Shown: positions 9,437 through 18,937, counted from the stretch's first letter. The stretch: DNA of 64,000 nt from an uncultured delta proteobacterium (GCA_963843145.1 CAWJJC010000028.1:224001-288000); one strand, 5' to 3'. Program-made: numbers and translations. The notes: generated by a model from the sequence alone, not told the origin.

Positions 9437-10414
9437 ATGAACGATGTGGTCGGCTTGGGTTCCCTGAATGTGGATTATATCTACGAAACGGAGGATCTCG
9501 CTTTTCTGGAACCGTTTTACCCCGAGGGGAAAAAGCGTCGGGAGTGGGTGCTGATCGAGCCCGCTGAAATACAGGCCGTACAGCGGGCTATCCGGGAAAA
9601 AACCCGATTGATCTCCCGGACCGGCGGCGGGAGCGCCGCCAATACGGCTTTTTCTTTGGCGAAAATGGGCTTCCAAAGCGGTATGATGGGTAAGGTCGGG
9701 CAAGATGAGGACGGGGATTTTATCTTGCGGGAAATGGCCCCCATCCCTCGGCTGCACCTGGAGCGGGATCAGCGAACCGGCCAGGCTCTGATCATCCTGG
9801 GACCCGACCGGGACCGGATCATCCTCTTGCTGCCCAACGCCAACCGGGAACTCACCTGGGCGGACCTGGACCCGGATTTCGTCCGGACTTTCCGGATGCT
9901 GCATCTGACTTCCATCCTGGGAGAGGGCCTGGCGCTCCAGGAACGCCTGGTCCGAGAGGTGGCCGGACAGGTCCAAATCAGTTTTGATCCGGGGGAGGTT
10001 TATGTTCAACGGGGTGTCCTGGACTTGGCCCCTCTGCTGGCCCGGTGTCAAATCCTGTTCATCACTCAGGGAGAGCTGGAACTGCTGACCGGACGGAAAT
10101 GGCGCGACGGGGTAAAAGAAATTCTGGACCTGGGGACCCGGATCATTGCCGTAAAGAAAAAAGGTTCCGGCGCCTTCATCCAAGAGGCTGCCGGCGTCTG
10201 GGAACTTCCGGCTGCGATCATCCAAGCCAAAGATACCACCGGCGCCGGCGATGTCTTTGCCGCCGGATTCCTCGGCGGGTATTTGCGGGGCCTGCCCCTG
10301 CCGGCCTGCGGTTCCCTCGGCCTGACCATGGCCCATCAAAGCATGGGAGGGGTAGGGCGGGAAGCCTATCCGACTCGGGAGGATTTTGAAGCAGCGGTCA
10401 ACCGAAAGGATTAA
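9437..10414 (+). CDS. PfkB-family carbohydrate/nucleoside kinase
   Basis: GGSAANTA and DTTGAGDVFAAGF signatures. Confidence 0.9.
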   Translation: MNDVVGLGSLNVDYIYETEDLAFLEPFYPEGKKRREWVLIEPAEIQAVQRAIREKTRLISRTGGGSAANTAFSLAKMGFQSGMMGKVGQDEDGDFILREMAPIPRLHLERDQRTGQALIILGPDRDRIILLLPNANRELTWADLDPDFVRTFRMLHLTSILGEGLALQERLVREVAGQVQISFDPGEVYVQRGVLDLAPLLARCQILFITQGELELLTGRKWRDGVKEILDLGTRIIAVKKKGSGAFIQEAAGVWELPAAIIQAKDTTGAGDVFAAGFLGGYLRGLPLPACGSLGLTMAHQSMGGVGREAYPTREDFEAAVNRKD

Positions 10415-10462
10415 GAAGAAGCCCGCGTCCCCGCCGACCAAACCATCCTTCGCTACAAAACC

Positions 10463-10485
10463 GGCAGGCGAGACGCCTGCCCTAC
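10463..10485 (-). repeat. GTAG-type REP palindrome overlapping the stop codon of the TPR gene
   Basis: Minus strand reads GTAGGGCAGGCGTCTCGCCTGCC. A degenerate partner lies at about 10419-10439. Confidence 0.65.
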
Positions 10486-12767
10486 TTGATCTTCTGCAGC
10501 GTGACCTTGGCCTCTTCCGCCCCGGAAAATTTGGGGTCCAGTTCCAGGGCTTTATTCAGCGCTTGTTTAGCCAGGTCTTTTTGGTTGTTTTTGAAATAGG
10601 CTAATCCCAAATGGTAATAAATGACCGGGTTGTCCTTGACCTTCTCCAACGCTTCCTTGAAATAGACGATTGCCCGGGTGTAAATAGTCTTCTGGTAATA
10701 GACCCAGCCCAGGGTGTCGGAAATGGACGGATCTTCCGGGAACTGTTCTTTGGCGCTTTGGGCCAGGTTTAAGGCCTCGTCAACATGCTCTCCCTTGTCG
10801 GCGTACAGGTAAGCCAGATTATTGGCTGCCGGAGCAAACTTGGGATTAACCTTCAGGGCCTTCTGATAAGCCTCTTTGGCCTGGTCGATATGATTCTGCC
10901 CCTGGTAAAGGATACCCAGGCCCATAAGAGCGGGCAAGGCCTTGGGGTTCTGTTGCAGGGCCAGGTTAAATTCCTTGATGGCCTTGTCGACCAGGGTATG
11001 ACGGGCGTAGAAACCGGCCAGGGAAAGGTGAAACCCGGTGACGTTAGGGTCCAACTCCACGGCTTTCTTGTAGTTGGCTTCGGCCTTCTCCAGTTCTTTA
11101 TTGAGTTCCTGGAGTCTTCCCAGCAGATTGTAAAAGAACGGGTTTTTGGGGTTCAGTTGGATTTGGGCCTCGACCCGCTGCAGGGCCTTCTTCATATCCT
11201 TCTGGTTGACATACAGGCCGACGAGCAGGTTGAGCGCTTCCAGATAATTGGGCTGCAGGGAAAGGGCCTTCTCCAACTGGACCACCGCTTCTTTTTCTTT
11301 TTTCTGGGCCAACAACACCCGTCCTTTTTGATAATAGCCTACCGGGTTCTGGGGAGCGGCCTGAATGGCTTCATCAAAGGCCTTGGCCGCTCCGGCGCCA
11401 TCTTTTTTCATCAAGAAGGCATTCCCTAACAACAGTTGAGCCTGGAAGGATTTGGGGTTATCCTTCAAAACGGCTTGCGCCTGTTCGATGGCTAGATCGG
11501 GAGCGCCTCCCCGAAGGTGCAGGTCGGCCAGCAGCAGGCGCGCCTCGTCCCCGCGGGGATTGAGTTTGATGGCCTCCCCCAGTTCATTTTTAGCCTGCTG
11601 GACATCTTTATCGCCCAAATAAGCCAGCCCCAGAAAGTAATGGCCCATGGCGGATTTGGGGTTTTCCTTCAGGTAGGGCTGAAAAAGACCGCTGGCTTCT
11701 TTGAATTCTTTTTTGGCCAAATGCAGTCGCCCCTTGAGGAAGGTTCCCTCCTGGCTTTTAGGATTGGTTTTAAGAATTTTCTCCACCTGTTCCGAGGCCT
11801 GATCAAACTTTTTTTCTTTCAGGGCGATTTCGGCCAGTCGGGCCAGAGAGGGGATGCTCTTCGGATCCTCTTTCAGCGCTTTTTGAAGGGTTTCAACGGC
11901 CTTATCTTTCTTGCCCCAGGCTAAGTAGAAATCGGCCAAATGCAGTTGGGTGGGGATTTTTTTGGGATCCAGGGCCACCGCTTTCAGAAACTGTTTTTCG
12001 GCCTCCTCCGGCCTGTTCAGGGAAGCGTAATATTGTCCCAGGTTCATAACCGGTCCGATATCCTGGGGGGCGGTTTTAACGGCCTCCAGCAATTCGGCTT
12101 CGGCCTGTTCTTTTTTTCCGGTCTGCTGATAAAAACCGGCCAGGGCATAATGGGCCTGGAGCGATTGGGGGTCGACCTTCAAGGCCTCTTTAAGGGTTTG
12201 TTCGGCTTGGACCAGATCCTTGGTTAAGAGGTAGAGCTTAGCCAGTTGCAGGTAGGCCTCTATTTTTTTCGGGTCTTTTTCAAGCGCTTTGCGGGCCTCG
12301 GCGATGGCTTTGTCCGGATTCTTTTCCACGGCGTACAGGGTGCTGCTGAGAAGATGGGCGGCGGGGTTTTCGGGTTCCTTGTAAACGATCTTCTCCACCT
12401 GCTCCCGGGCCTTGGGTAGATCCTTCGCCAGAAGGTATAGATAACCCAATTGCAGCCTCGCGTCGGTCAGGTTGGGGTCCAGGTCCACGCTTTTTGAAAA
12501 TTCGGAAAAGGCCGCCTGAGGGTTGCGGACCCGGATATAAGCCAAACCCAATTTATAGTGGGCCCGGGCATCCTTGGGGTTGAGCTGGACCACGTTTTTG
12601 TATTCGATGATGGCTTCGTTGATTTTGTTTTCAGAAAGAAATTTTTCGGCTTTTTTCCAGTGGCGGGCCAGTTTGGCCTCCCGGCTGCAGCCCACGAAAG
12701 CGGCCATCAAAAAGGCGACTACGACCAGGGTGATAATCTGGGATCCTTTGGGGGACATTCGACGCAT
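10482..12767 (-). CDS. TPR-repeat lipoprotein, PrsT-like (PEP-CTERM/exosortase-associated type)
   Basis: SD GAGGAGG, lipobox FVGC, many TPR repeats, C-terminal AANNLAYL...DTLGWVYY. Confidence 0.8.
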   Translation of the reverse strand: MRRMSPKGSQIITLVVVAFLMAAFVGCSREAKLARHWKKAEKFLSENKINEAIIEYKNVVQLNPKDARAHYKLGLAYIRVRNPQAAFSEFSKSVDLDPNLTDARLQLGYLYLLAKDLPKAREQVEKIVYKEPENPAAHLLSSTLYAVEKNPDKAIAEARKALEKDPKKIEAYLQLAKLYLLTKDLVQAEQTLKEALKVDPQSLQAHYALAGFYQQTGKKEQAEAELLEAVKTAPQDIGPVMNLGQYYASLNRPEEAEKQFLKAVALDPKKIPTQLHLADFYLAWGKKDKAVETLQKALKEDPKSIPSLARLAEIALKEKKFDQASEQVEKILKTNPKSQEGTFLKGRLHLAKKEFKEASGLFQPYLKENPKSAMGHYFLGLAYLGDKDVQQAKNELGEAIKLNPRGDEARLLLADLHLRGGAPDLAIEQAQAVLKDNPKSFQAQLLLGNAFLMKKDGAGAAKAFDEAIQAAPQNPVGYYQKGRVLLAQKKEKEAVVQLEKALSLQPNYLEALNLLVGLYVNQKDMKKALQRVEAQIQLNPKNPFFYNLLGRLQELNKELEKAEANYKKAVELDPNVTGFHLSLAGFYARHTLVDKAIKEFNLALQQNPKALPALMGLGILYQGQNHIDQAKEAYQKALKVNPKFAPAANNLAYLYADKGEHVDEALNLAQSAKEQFPEDPSISDTLGWVYYQKTIYTRAIVYFKEALEKVKDNPVIYYHLGLAYFKNNQKDLAKQALNKALELDPKFSGAEEAKVTLQKIK

Positions 12768-12959
12768 GGGGTTTCCTCCTCAAAAACGCAGGTAAAGGGT
12801 GATGATCTGGTTATCTTAGAATGTATCGGAATGTAATAGCATATATTTAATATTAAACCAAAAAAGAATTGTCGCCCTTTATCCGGTTCTCGGCCTCCGG
12901 AAGGGAAGGAGTACAGGCGATCCCGGTTAGTCCGAGCAACCGGCTGGCGGGGGTAGGGT

Positions 12960-13135
12960 TTAAGGGCTTCTGGAATCCCTCCGGGCTGCGGAGAAGGATT
13001 TCTTTGGCCAGTAAACCGCTTCCAGGTTGCTGTAAGCCTCCGACAAGTGGGGATTCAAGCGAATAGCCTCTTGGTAAGCGGCGATCGCCTCCGCGAAGTG
13101 CCCTTGCCGGGCTAAGAGCAGCTTCTCCGATCTAT
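12960..13135 (-). pseudogene. Isolated TPR-repeat gene fragment
   Basis: LLLARQGHFAEAIAAYQEAIRLNPHLSEAYSNL is about one TPR unit with no credible start. Confidence 0.5.
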
Positions 13136-13236
13136 TCAAAGAGCGCCCTCCACGGAAGCGGTGCACTTTTTGATTGCCAAGGATGCCGGATAGTCCGCAT
13201 AGTGTAAGAATAGAACGTCAGGGTTCGAGGGCACAA

Positions 13237-13932
13237 GTGAAAAAAATAAAAGGTTCTTATATTATTTTCTCCCTCCTTCTCCTCCTGGTCCTTCTGGGGG
13301 GCTGCCAGGGCGTTTATTTCCGTGGAGAGACGGATGAAAAAGTAGTGGCCCTGACCTTTGATGACGGCCCGCACCCGATTTACACCCCGCGGGTCTTGGA
13401 TATACTGGAGCGCTTCGGGATCAAAGCCACTTTCTTCCTGATCGGTCGGGAAGTCCGGTCCTATCCGGAAATCGTTCGGCAGATTAATACCCGAGGCCAT
13501 GAAATCGAAAACCATTCCGACCATCACCTCTTTTATCTGCCCTGGCTCCCCCCCGATCGGATTCGTCGAGAAATTGTCGAGGCCCAAGACGCCATTTATC
13601 GGATCACCGGGCGCTATCCGGCATTTTTTCGATCTCCGCTGGGGTGGGTATCTAATGACCTGGTTGCGGTCTGTCGGGAATTGAAACTGCCGATTATCAA
13701 CGGATCGGTGAAGGCCAGCGACGTTTCCCTCCCGGGAACAGAATACATCATCCAGACGGTCCTGGATAAAACCCGCAACGGGGCTATCATCATCCTCCAC
13801 GATGCCGGAGGGGTCGGCTTTTACCATGATCGAACCCAGACCCTGGACGCCCTGCCTATTATCATTCGAAACTTGAAAGATAGAGGATATAAATTTGTTT
13901 TAATTAAAGAATTAATTAATAGTCCTTCTTAA
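13237..13932 (+). CDS. Polysaccharide deacetylase (NodB/CE4 family), probable lipoprotein
   Basis: TFDDGP, HEIENHSDHH, FRSPLG, IILHD; lipobox LGGC; GTG start at 13237. Confidence 0.9.
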   Translation: MKKIKGSYIIFSLLLLLVLLGGCQGVYFRGETDEKVVALTFDDGPHPIYTPRVLDILERFGIKATFFLIGREVRSYPEIVRQINTRGHEIENHSDHHLFYLPWLPPDRIRREIVEAQDAIYRITGRYPAFFRSPLGWVSNDLVAVCRELKLPIINGSVKASDVSLPGTEYIIQTVLDKTRNGAIIILHDAGGVGFYHDRTQTLDALPIIIRNLKDRGYKFVLIKELINSPS

Positions 13933-13957
13933 ATTCTCCCTCCTCTAAAGTAATAAT

Positions 13958-14009
13958 TTGACAGTTCGACGTTAATGATTATAATGAAAATGAATTTCAT
14001 TTTCATTAT
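13958..14009 (+). promoter_or_regulatory. Sigma70 promoter (TTGACA-N16-TATAAT) overlapped by a perfect 14-1-14 palindrome, probable Fur box
   Basis: TTGACA 13958-13963, TATAAT 13980-13985; ATAATGAAAATGAA-T-TTCATTTTCATTAT at 13981-14009. Confidence 0.85.
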
Positions 14010-14451
14010 GGATAAAAAAATTTTCAAAGACTATGTTAAATCCCAGGGTCTTCGGCAGAGCGCCCAACGGAATCTGATTGCGGATACCTTTCTTTCCAAC
14101 CGGGGGCATAGTTCCAGCGAAGAGCTGCTGGCTGAGGTGCGGAAAAAGGACCCCAAGATAGGATTGACCACCGTCTATAGAACCTTAAAGTTGCTGACCC
14201 GGTGCGGTCTGGCCGCAGAAAGAAAATTTAATAGACAAACCAGTTACTTCGAATCAATTCCTCATGGAAAACATCATGATCATTTGATCTGTCTGGATTG
14301 TGGCCGGATTCTGGAATTTGAAAATCCGACGATCGAATCCCTGCAGGGACTGGTGGCGCAAGAGCATCATTTTATCATATCCCACCATATCCTGGAACTC
14401 TACGGGTATTGCCGGCACTGCGCTCAGCAGAGACGCTCGGATTCAGGCTAG
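14008..14451 (+). CDS. fur: Fur-family transcriptional repressor
   Basis: IGLTTVYRTLKLL, HHDHLICLDCG, LYGYCRHC. The upstream in-frame ATGs fall inside the operator. Confidence 0.92.
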   Translation: MDKKIFKDYVKSQGLRQSAQRNLIADTFLSNRGHSSSEELLAEVRKKDPKIGLTTVYRTLKLLTRCGLAAERKFNRQTSYFESIPHGKHHDHLICLDCGRILEFENPTIESLQGLVAQEHHFIISHHILELYGYCRHCAQQRRSDSG

Positions 14452-14460
14452 CCTACCGTT

Positions 14461-16440
14461 ATGACTGGACCACAATCAATACCTGAACCTCTTCTCGATA
14501 CCCCGGACAAGGTTATCTTGGTGGGAAATCCCAATGTGGGGAAGAGCGTCATTTTCAATTACCTGACCGGGGCCTACCGGGTGGTTTCCAACTATCCGGG
14601 GACCACGGTGGAGGTCTCCTCCGGGTCGTGCGGGCATAAGGATCACCAATTTACCATTCTGGATACCCCGGGGATCAACAATCTCACTCCCAATTCAGAA
14701 GATGAAAAGGTTACCCGGGATATCCTGCTGGCGGAGAAAAACTATACCGTGCTATCCGTGCTGGATGCCAAGAATCTAAACCGGGGTCTGACCATCACCC
14801 TGCAGCTTATCGAAATGGGACTGCCTCTGGTATTGGCGCTCAACATGGTGGACGAGGCCAAAAGCCGGGGTATAGAGATCCAGCATCCAATCCTGGAGGA
14901 AATCCTGGGAGTGAAGGTGCTTCCCACGGTGGCCACCCGGAAGAAGGGTCTCGACCAGATTCTCCCCAACCTGCTCAGGACCAATAAATCAACCTATCGT
15001 TTCACTTACTCGGCCTTGATCGAAGAAGCGGTTGAACAGTTAGTACCCCTGCTTCCGCCGGCCCCGATCAGCGGCCGTTCCTTGGCCTTGATGCTTCTTT
15101 CCGGAGACGAAACCCTGAGGCCCTGGCTGGAAAAAAATTTAAAGGCGGCGGCCATCCTGGAGGTCGAAAAGATCTGCGTCCGCTACCAGCGCCTGTACTC
15201 GGAGCCCATCGGGTATCGGATCAACGTAGAGCGATTGGAACAGGTGGAGGCCTTATTGTCGCGGATTTTGTCCAAGCGTCAAGGAGCCGCTCAGGCCTGG
15301 GGGCAACGGTTAGGGGATCTCTCCACCCACCCGCTGTATGGTTGGATCGGTCTGGGCCTGGTCCTTTACCTTTCCTATTGGATCATCGGGGTTCTGGGGG
15401 CGGACCTGGCCGTGGGTTTCATGGAAGATGTTGTTTTTGGGACCTACATTAACCCTTGGGTTTCCCGTTGGTTTAAGGTCTTCATCCCCTGGGTTTTCAT
15501 CCAAGAACTATTTGTGGGACCCTACGGGATCCTGACCATGGCCTTGACCTATGCCCTGGCTCTGATCCTGCCGATCGTCACTTTTTTCTTCCTGATTTTC
15601 GGTTTTCTGGAGGATTCCGGCTACCTGCCAAGGCTGGCGGTCATGAGCAACCGGGTCTTCCGCTTAATGGGGCTGAACGGGAAAGCCATTCTGCCCATGA
15701 TTCTGGGGCTGGGCTGCGACACTATGGCCACCATGACCACTCGGATCTTGGAAACTCCCAAAGATAAGATCATCGTCACCCTGCTCCTGGCCCTGGGAGT
15801 TCCCTGTTCGGCCCAACTGGCCGTGGTCCTGGGCATGCTCTCCGGGTTTTCCGTCTGGGTCATCATATTTTGGGTAGTGATTATCGTCGGCGTGATTATT
15901 CTAGTGGGATTTCTGGCGGCCCGGGTAATACCGGGAGAGAGCACGCAATTTATCCTGGAACTGCCCCCGCTGCGCTGGCCCCAATTCAGTAATATTCTGA
16001 TCAAGACCCTGTCTCGCCTGGAGTGGTATCTCCGGGAGGCGGTCCCCCTGTTTATTTTAGGGACCTTGCTGCTTTTCGCCTTGAACAAAACAGGGTCCCT
16101 GGCGGCGTTGGAGCGCTGGGCTACCCCGATAGTGGTCCAATGGCTGGGTTTGCCGGCCCAAACCACCGGCTCATTTCTCCTCGGGTTTCTGAGAAGAGAC
16201 TACGGAGCGGCCGGTTTATTTACCCTGGCCCGGCAGGGCCTTTTGGATCAGAATCAGGTCCTGGTGGCTTTGGTGACCATCACCCTCTTTGTCCCCTGCG
16301 TAGCCAATTTTTTTATGATGATCAAGGAACGGGGTTGGAAGGTGGCCCTGGGCATTGCCTTGGTGGTCGTCGTGATCGCCCTGCTGGTGGGGGGGCTATT
16401 GCACTGGGCCCTGTTCTTTTCGGGCTGGAAGATCGGTTAG
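14461..16440 (+). CDS. feoB: Ferrous iron transporter FeoB
   Basis: GNPNVGKS, NYPGTTV, DTPG, NMVD, LEDSGYLPR, LELP, TM gate domains. Confidence 0.95.
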   Translation: MTGPQSIPEPLLDTPDKVILVGNPNVGKSVIFNYLTGAYRVVSNYPGTTVEVSSGSCGHKDHQFTILDTPGINNLTPNSEDEKVTRDILLAEKNYTVLSVLDAKNLNRGLTITLQLIEMGLPLVLALNMVDEAKSRGIEIQHPILEEILGVKVLPTVATRKKGLDQILPNLLRTNKSTYRFTYSALIEEAVEQLVPLLPPAPISGRSLALMLLSGDETLRPWLEKNLKAAAILEVEKICVRYQRLYSEPIGYRINVERLEQVEALLSRILSKRQGAAQAWGQRLGDLSTHPLYGWIGLGLVLYLSYWIIGVLGADLAVGFMEDVVFGTYINPWVSRWFKVFIPWVFIQELFVGPYGILTMALTYALALILPIVTFFFLIFGFLEDSGYLPRLAVMSNRVFRLMGLNGKAILPMILGLGCDTMATMTTRILETPKDKIIVTLLLALGVPCSAQLAVVLGMLSGFSVWVIIFWVVIIVGVIILVGFLAARVIPGESTQFILELPPLRWPQFSNILIKTLSRLEWYLREAVPLFILGTLLLFALNKTGSLAALERWATPIVVQWLGLPAQTTGSFLLGFLRRDYGAAGLFTLARQGLLDQNQVLVALVTITLFVPCVANFFMMIKERGWKVALGIALVVVVIALLVGGLLHWALFFSGWKIG

Positions 16441-16498
16441 TATGATAATAGATTCTTGCCTCCATTGGATGAATTGGGGGATGATCACTGAAAAGAAT

Positions 16499-16529
16499 GA
16501 ACATCGAACATCGAACGCCCAACATCGAA
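16499..16529 (+). repeat. Heptamer tandem repeat arm (GAACATC family)
   Basis: GAACATCGAACATCGAACGCCCAACATCGAA; an inverted copy lies at 17831-17874. Confidence 0.7.
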
Positions 16530-16638
16530 GGCTTAATGGGAAAAATTGATTAATTATTAATATCCTATGGTGAGGGTGTTGTTTTGCCCTTATATTTTCA
16601 GGCCTCACGGGTGCCCTCGCGGGGCAGAGGGAGGCTGG

Positions 16639-16848
16639 GTGGAATCTCCGGAACGGTACCACTGTCCTTTGTGCGGTCACGAATTTGTTTTTAATCCGAG
16701 CAGTTGCCAAGGCGCTTGCCCCCTGGGGAAGCACTGCAACCTGGTTTGCTGCCCCAACTGCCGCTACAGTTTTCCCAAGGATTCCAAAATCGTTACCCTG
16801 ATAAAAAAGATATTCAAGAAAGGGAAGGGCCATGTCACCTCTTCATGA
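16639..16848 (+). CDS. Small Cys-rich protein associated with feoB
   Basis: SD GGAGG then GTG; CPLC...CQGACPLGKHCNLVCCPNC (8 Cys). Confidence 0.7.
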   Translation: MESPERYHCPLCGHEFVFNPSSCQGACPLGKHCNLVCCPNCRYSFPKDSKIVTLIKKIFKKGKGHVTSS

Positions 16849-17554
16849 TCACACCGAAAAAAACGGCCAGGGCCTTCATTGGCATGGCGGGCGTATTCTC
16901 AAGACTCAGGAGGAAGGGATTGATGAGCTCCTGGAACTGATCTGGACCCTGCGGGAGAAGGGCCTTACGAGTCTCTCTGACCTACTGGCGCAGGCCCGGG
17001 ACCCGGAGGCCCGAGCCATCGTTCGGCAAATGACCACTGAAGGCCTGGTGGAAGTGGAAAGGGAGGTCCTCCGGTTGAGTGAAAAAGGAGAGCTCCTGGC
17101 GGAAGGAATCATCCGCCGCCATCGGCTGACCGAGCGACTGCTCATGGAATTGTTCGAGCTCTCCGAGGAGGAGGCCGAATCCGAGGCCTGTAAACTGGAG
17201 CACCTGCTCAGTCCGGCGGTCACGGACAGCGTCTGCTCTTTTTTGGGGCACCCGCCGGTTTGTCCTCATGGAAAACCGATTCCCAAGGGGCCCTGCTGTC
17301 ATAAGCTGACCCGGCAGGTCCAGCCCCTGATCCAGCCCCTGACCAATCTGGAACTGGGTCGGGAAGGAAAGGTGGTCTTTATTTCCACCCGGGTCAAAGG
17401 GCGGCTGGAACCGCTTAGTGCCCTGGGGATTATACCGGGTACCGTTATTCAGCTTAAGCAGCGACGGCCCTCCTACGTGATTCAAATCGGTGAGACTTCG
17501 GTAGCTTTGGACGAACAAATCGTCCGGGAGATTTACGTTAGGACGGTAGTCTGA
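16832..17554 (+). CDS. DtxR/MntR-family metal-dependent regulator with C-terminal FeoA domain
   Basis: IRRHRLTERLL, EACKLEH, CPHGKPIP; C-terminal LSALGIIPGT...VALD. Confidence 0.88.
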   Translation: MSPLHDHTEKNGQGLHWHGGRILKTQEEGIDELLELIWTLREKGLTSLSDLLAQARDPEARAIVRQMTTEGLVEVEREVLRLSEKGELLAEGIIRRHRLTERLLMELFELSEEEAESEACKLEHLLSPAVTDSVCSFLGHPPVCPHGKPIPKGPCCHKLTRQVQPLIQPLTNLELGREGKVVFISTRVKGRLEPLSALGIIPGTVIQLKQRRPSYVIQIGETSVALDEQIVREIYVRTVV

Positions 17555-17653
17555 TTTTACGTTTTTTCCGAAATTTTATTTTTAGCTAACCCTTACTGCC
17601 CGGGGCGGGCACACCGAAGCATGAAAACAGGCTTTTAACGGGTCGAGTCAGCT

Positions 17654-17760
17654 CGTCATTCCGGACAAGCGAAGCGCGATCCGGAATCCAGGCCTCAGTT
17701 AAGCCTCAATGGACCTGGATGCCGGATCGAGTCCGGCATGACGGCAAAAAACTGAGGCCT
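17654..17760. repeat. REP-like palindromic element (CGTCATTCCGG...CCGGAATCCAG...CTGGATGCCGG...CCGGCATGACG)
   Basis: Same architecture as the elements at 4598 and 43522. AGGCCTCAGTT (17690-17700) also pairs with AACTGAGGCCT (17750-17760). Confidence 0.75.
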
Positions 17761-17830
17761 AAAAAGCATTGGTAGATTCTATTTTCGTATTGTTGAGCGT
17801 CGAACCTTCAAGATCAAAGGTTGAATGGAG

Positions 17831-17874
17831 GTTCGTTTTCATTCGAGGTTGGAAGTTCGATGTTCGACGTTCAG
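17831..17874 (-). repeat. Heptamer tandem repeat arm (GAACATC family) directly after the GT2 stop codon
   Basis: Minus strand reads CTGAACGTCGAACATCGAACTTCCAACCTCGAA. Confidence 0.65.
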
Positions 17875-18705
17875 TCATCGGTTTTTCCTGCGTGCAGCTA
17901 AACTAAGGTAGCGCTTCCCTTCCTCGATCTTCCCCCGTTTCAGACACCCTTGCCCGTAGATCCGGCATTTACGGTCCAGCTCCTGCCAGGCCAAATCATA
18001 TTGCCGGGGTGACAGCAGCCCGGAGTCGAGTAATTTCCCCAGCGACTGGATACGGTAGCGGTCCAGGGAGGCCAGACAACGGGAGAGCTGGTCTGGGTGC
18101 CCCCCGCGTTTGACCACCAGCGGCTCCTCGATCAGGAATACCGGTTTCCGGCAGGAGATCCGCAGCCAGAGGTCGTAATCTTCACAGGCCGGAAGGGACT
18201 GATCGAAAAAACCCACTTCCTTGAGCAGGCTCATTTTCAGCATCACGGCCGAGGGACTGACCAGGCAGAGCGATAAAGAAGGAGCAAAGATGTCCCCCGA
18301 AGGTTTCCGATGTTTTTTCCTGGGGTTCACCCGGCGGCCGTGCCGAATCCAGATTTCCTCGGTCTGGCAGATTTCCGCCCAGGGGTTCCGGTGTAGGAAA
18401 TCGACCTGGGTTTCCAGTTTTTGTGGAAGCCAGAGGTCATCCGAATCGAGAAAGGCCAGCCACTTCCCGGCGGCCATTTTCAGGCCCCGGTTCCGGGCGG
18501 CGCTGACTCCCTGCCGGGTCTGGTAAACAACCCTCAGGCGATCCCCATAAAGACCGAGCCCTTCCCGGGTAGTATCGGTGGAGCCGTCGTCCACCACAAT
18601 TAATTCAAAATCCCGAAAAGTCTGGGCCAGCACCGAATCGATGGCCTCCCGGACCCAGGTCGCCCGGTTGAAGGTGGGGATGATCACGCTGACCAGGGGA
18701 GGCAT
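17875..18705 (-). CDS. Glycosyltransferase family 2
   Basis: VSVIIPTFNR, VVDDGSTD, FLDSDD, EDYDLWLR. Confidence 0.92.
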   Translation of the reverse strand: MPPLVSVIIPTFNRATWVREAIDSVLAQTFRDFELIVVDDGSTDTTREGLGLYGDRLRVVYQTRQGVSAARNRGLKMAAGKWLAFLDSDDLWLPQKLETQVDFLHRNPWAEICQTEEIWIRHGRRVNPRKKHRKPSGDIFAPSLSLCLVSPSAVMLKMSLLKEVGFFDQSLPACEDYDLWLRISCRKPVFLIEEPLVVKRGGHPDQLSRCLASLDRYRIQSLGKLLDSGLLSPRQYDLAWQELDRKCRIYGQGCLKRGKIEEGKRYLSLAARRKNR

Positions 18706-18741
18706 AAGGAGTATCGTCAGGCCAGGTTGGGGGGGTAAGCC

Positions 18742-18931
18742 AAATCCGAAATCCGAAATCCGAAATCCGAAACAAATTCAAATGAACGAAATCCGAAATT
18801 CAAAACCATCTGCCCCGGAAGCACAACAATCCCCCCAAGGGAGAGGATGTAAAGTTTACCCCGTCCCGGACGGGGAGGAGAATTCGTTTCGGTCATTTGG
18901 GTTTTGGACATTGCCGTTTGTTTCGAATTTT
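18742..18931. repeat. Empty pair of inverted AAATCCG-heptamer arms
   Basis: (AAATCCG)x4 AAACAAATTCAAAT on the left and GTTTCGGTCATTTG...TTTGTTTCGAATTTT on the right, with no gene between. Confidence 0.8.
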
Positions 18932-18937
18932 CACCCG

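Noticed and set aside
13975-14007. N-terminal extension MIIMKMNFIFI of Fur
   Set aside because: These codons are the promoter and operator palindrome; ATG 14008 gives a normal Fur length.
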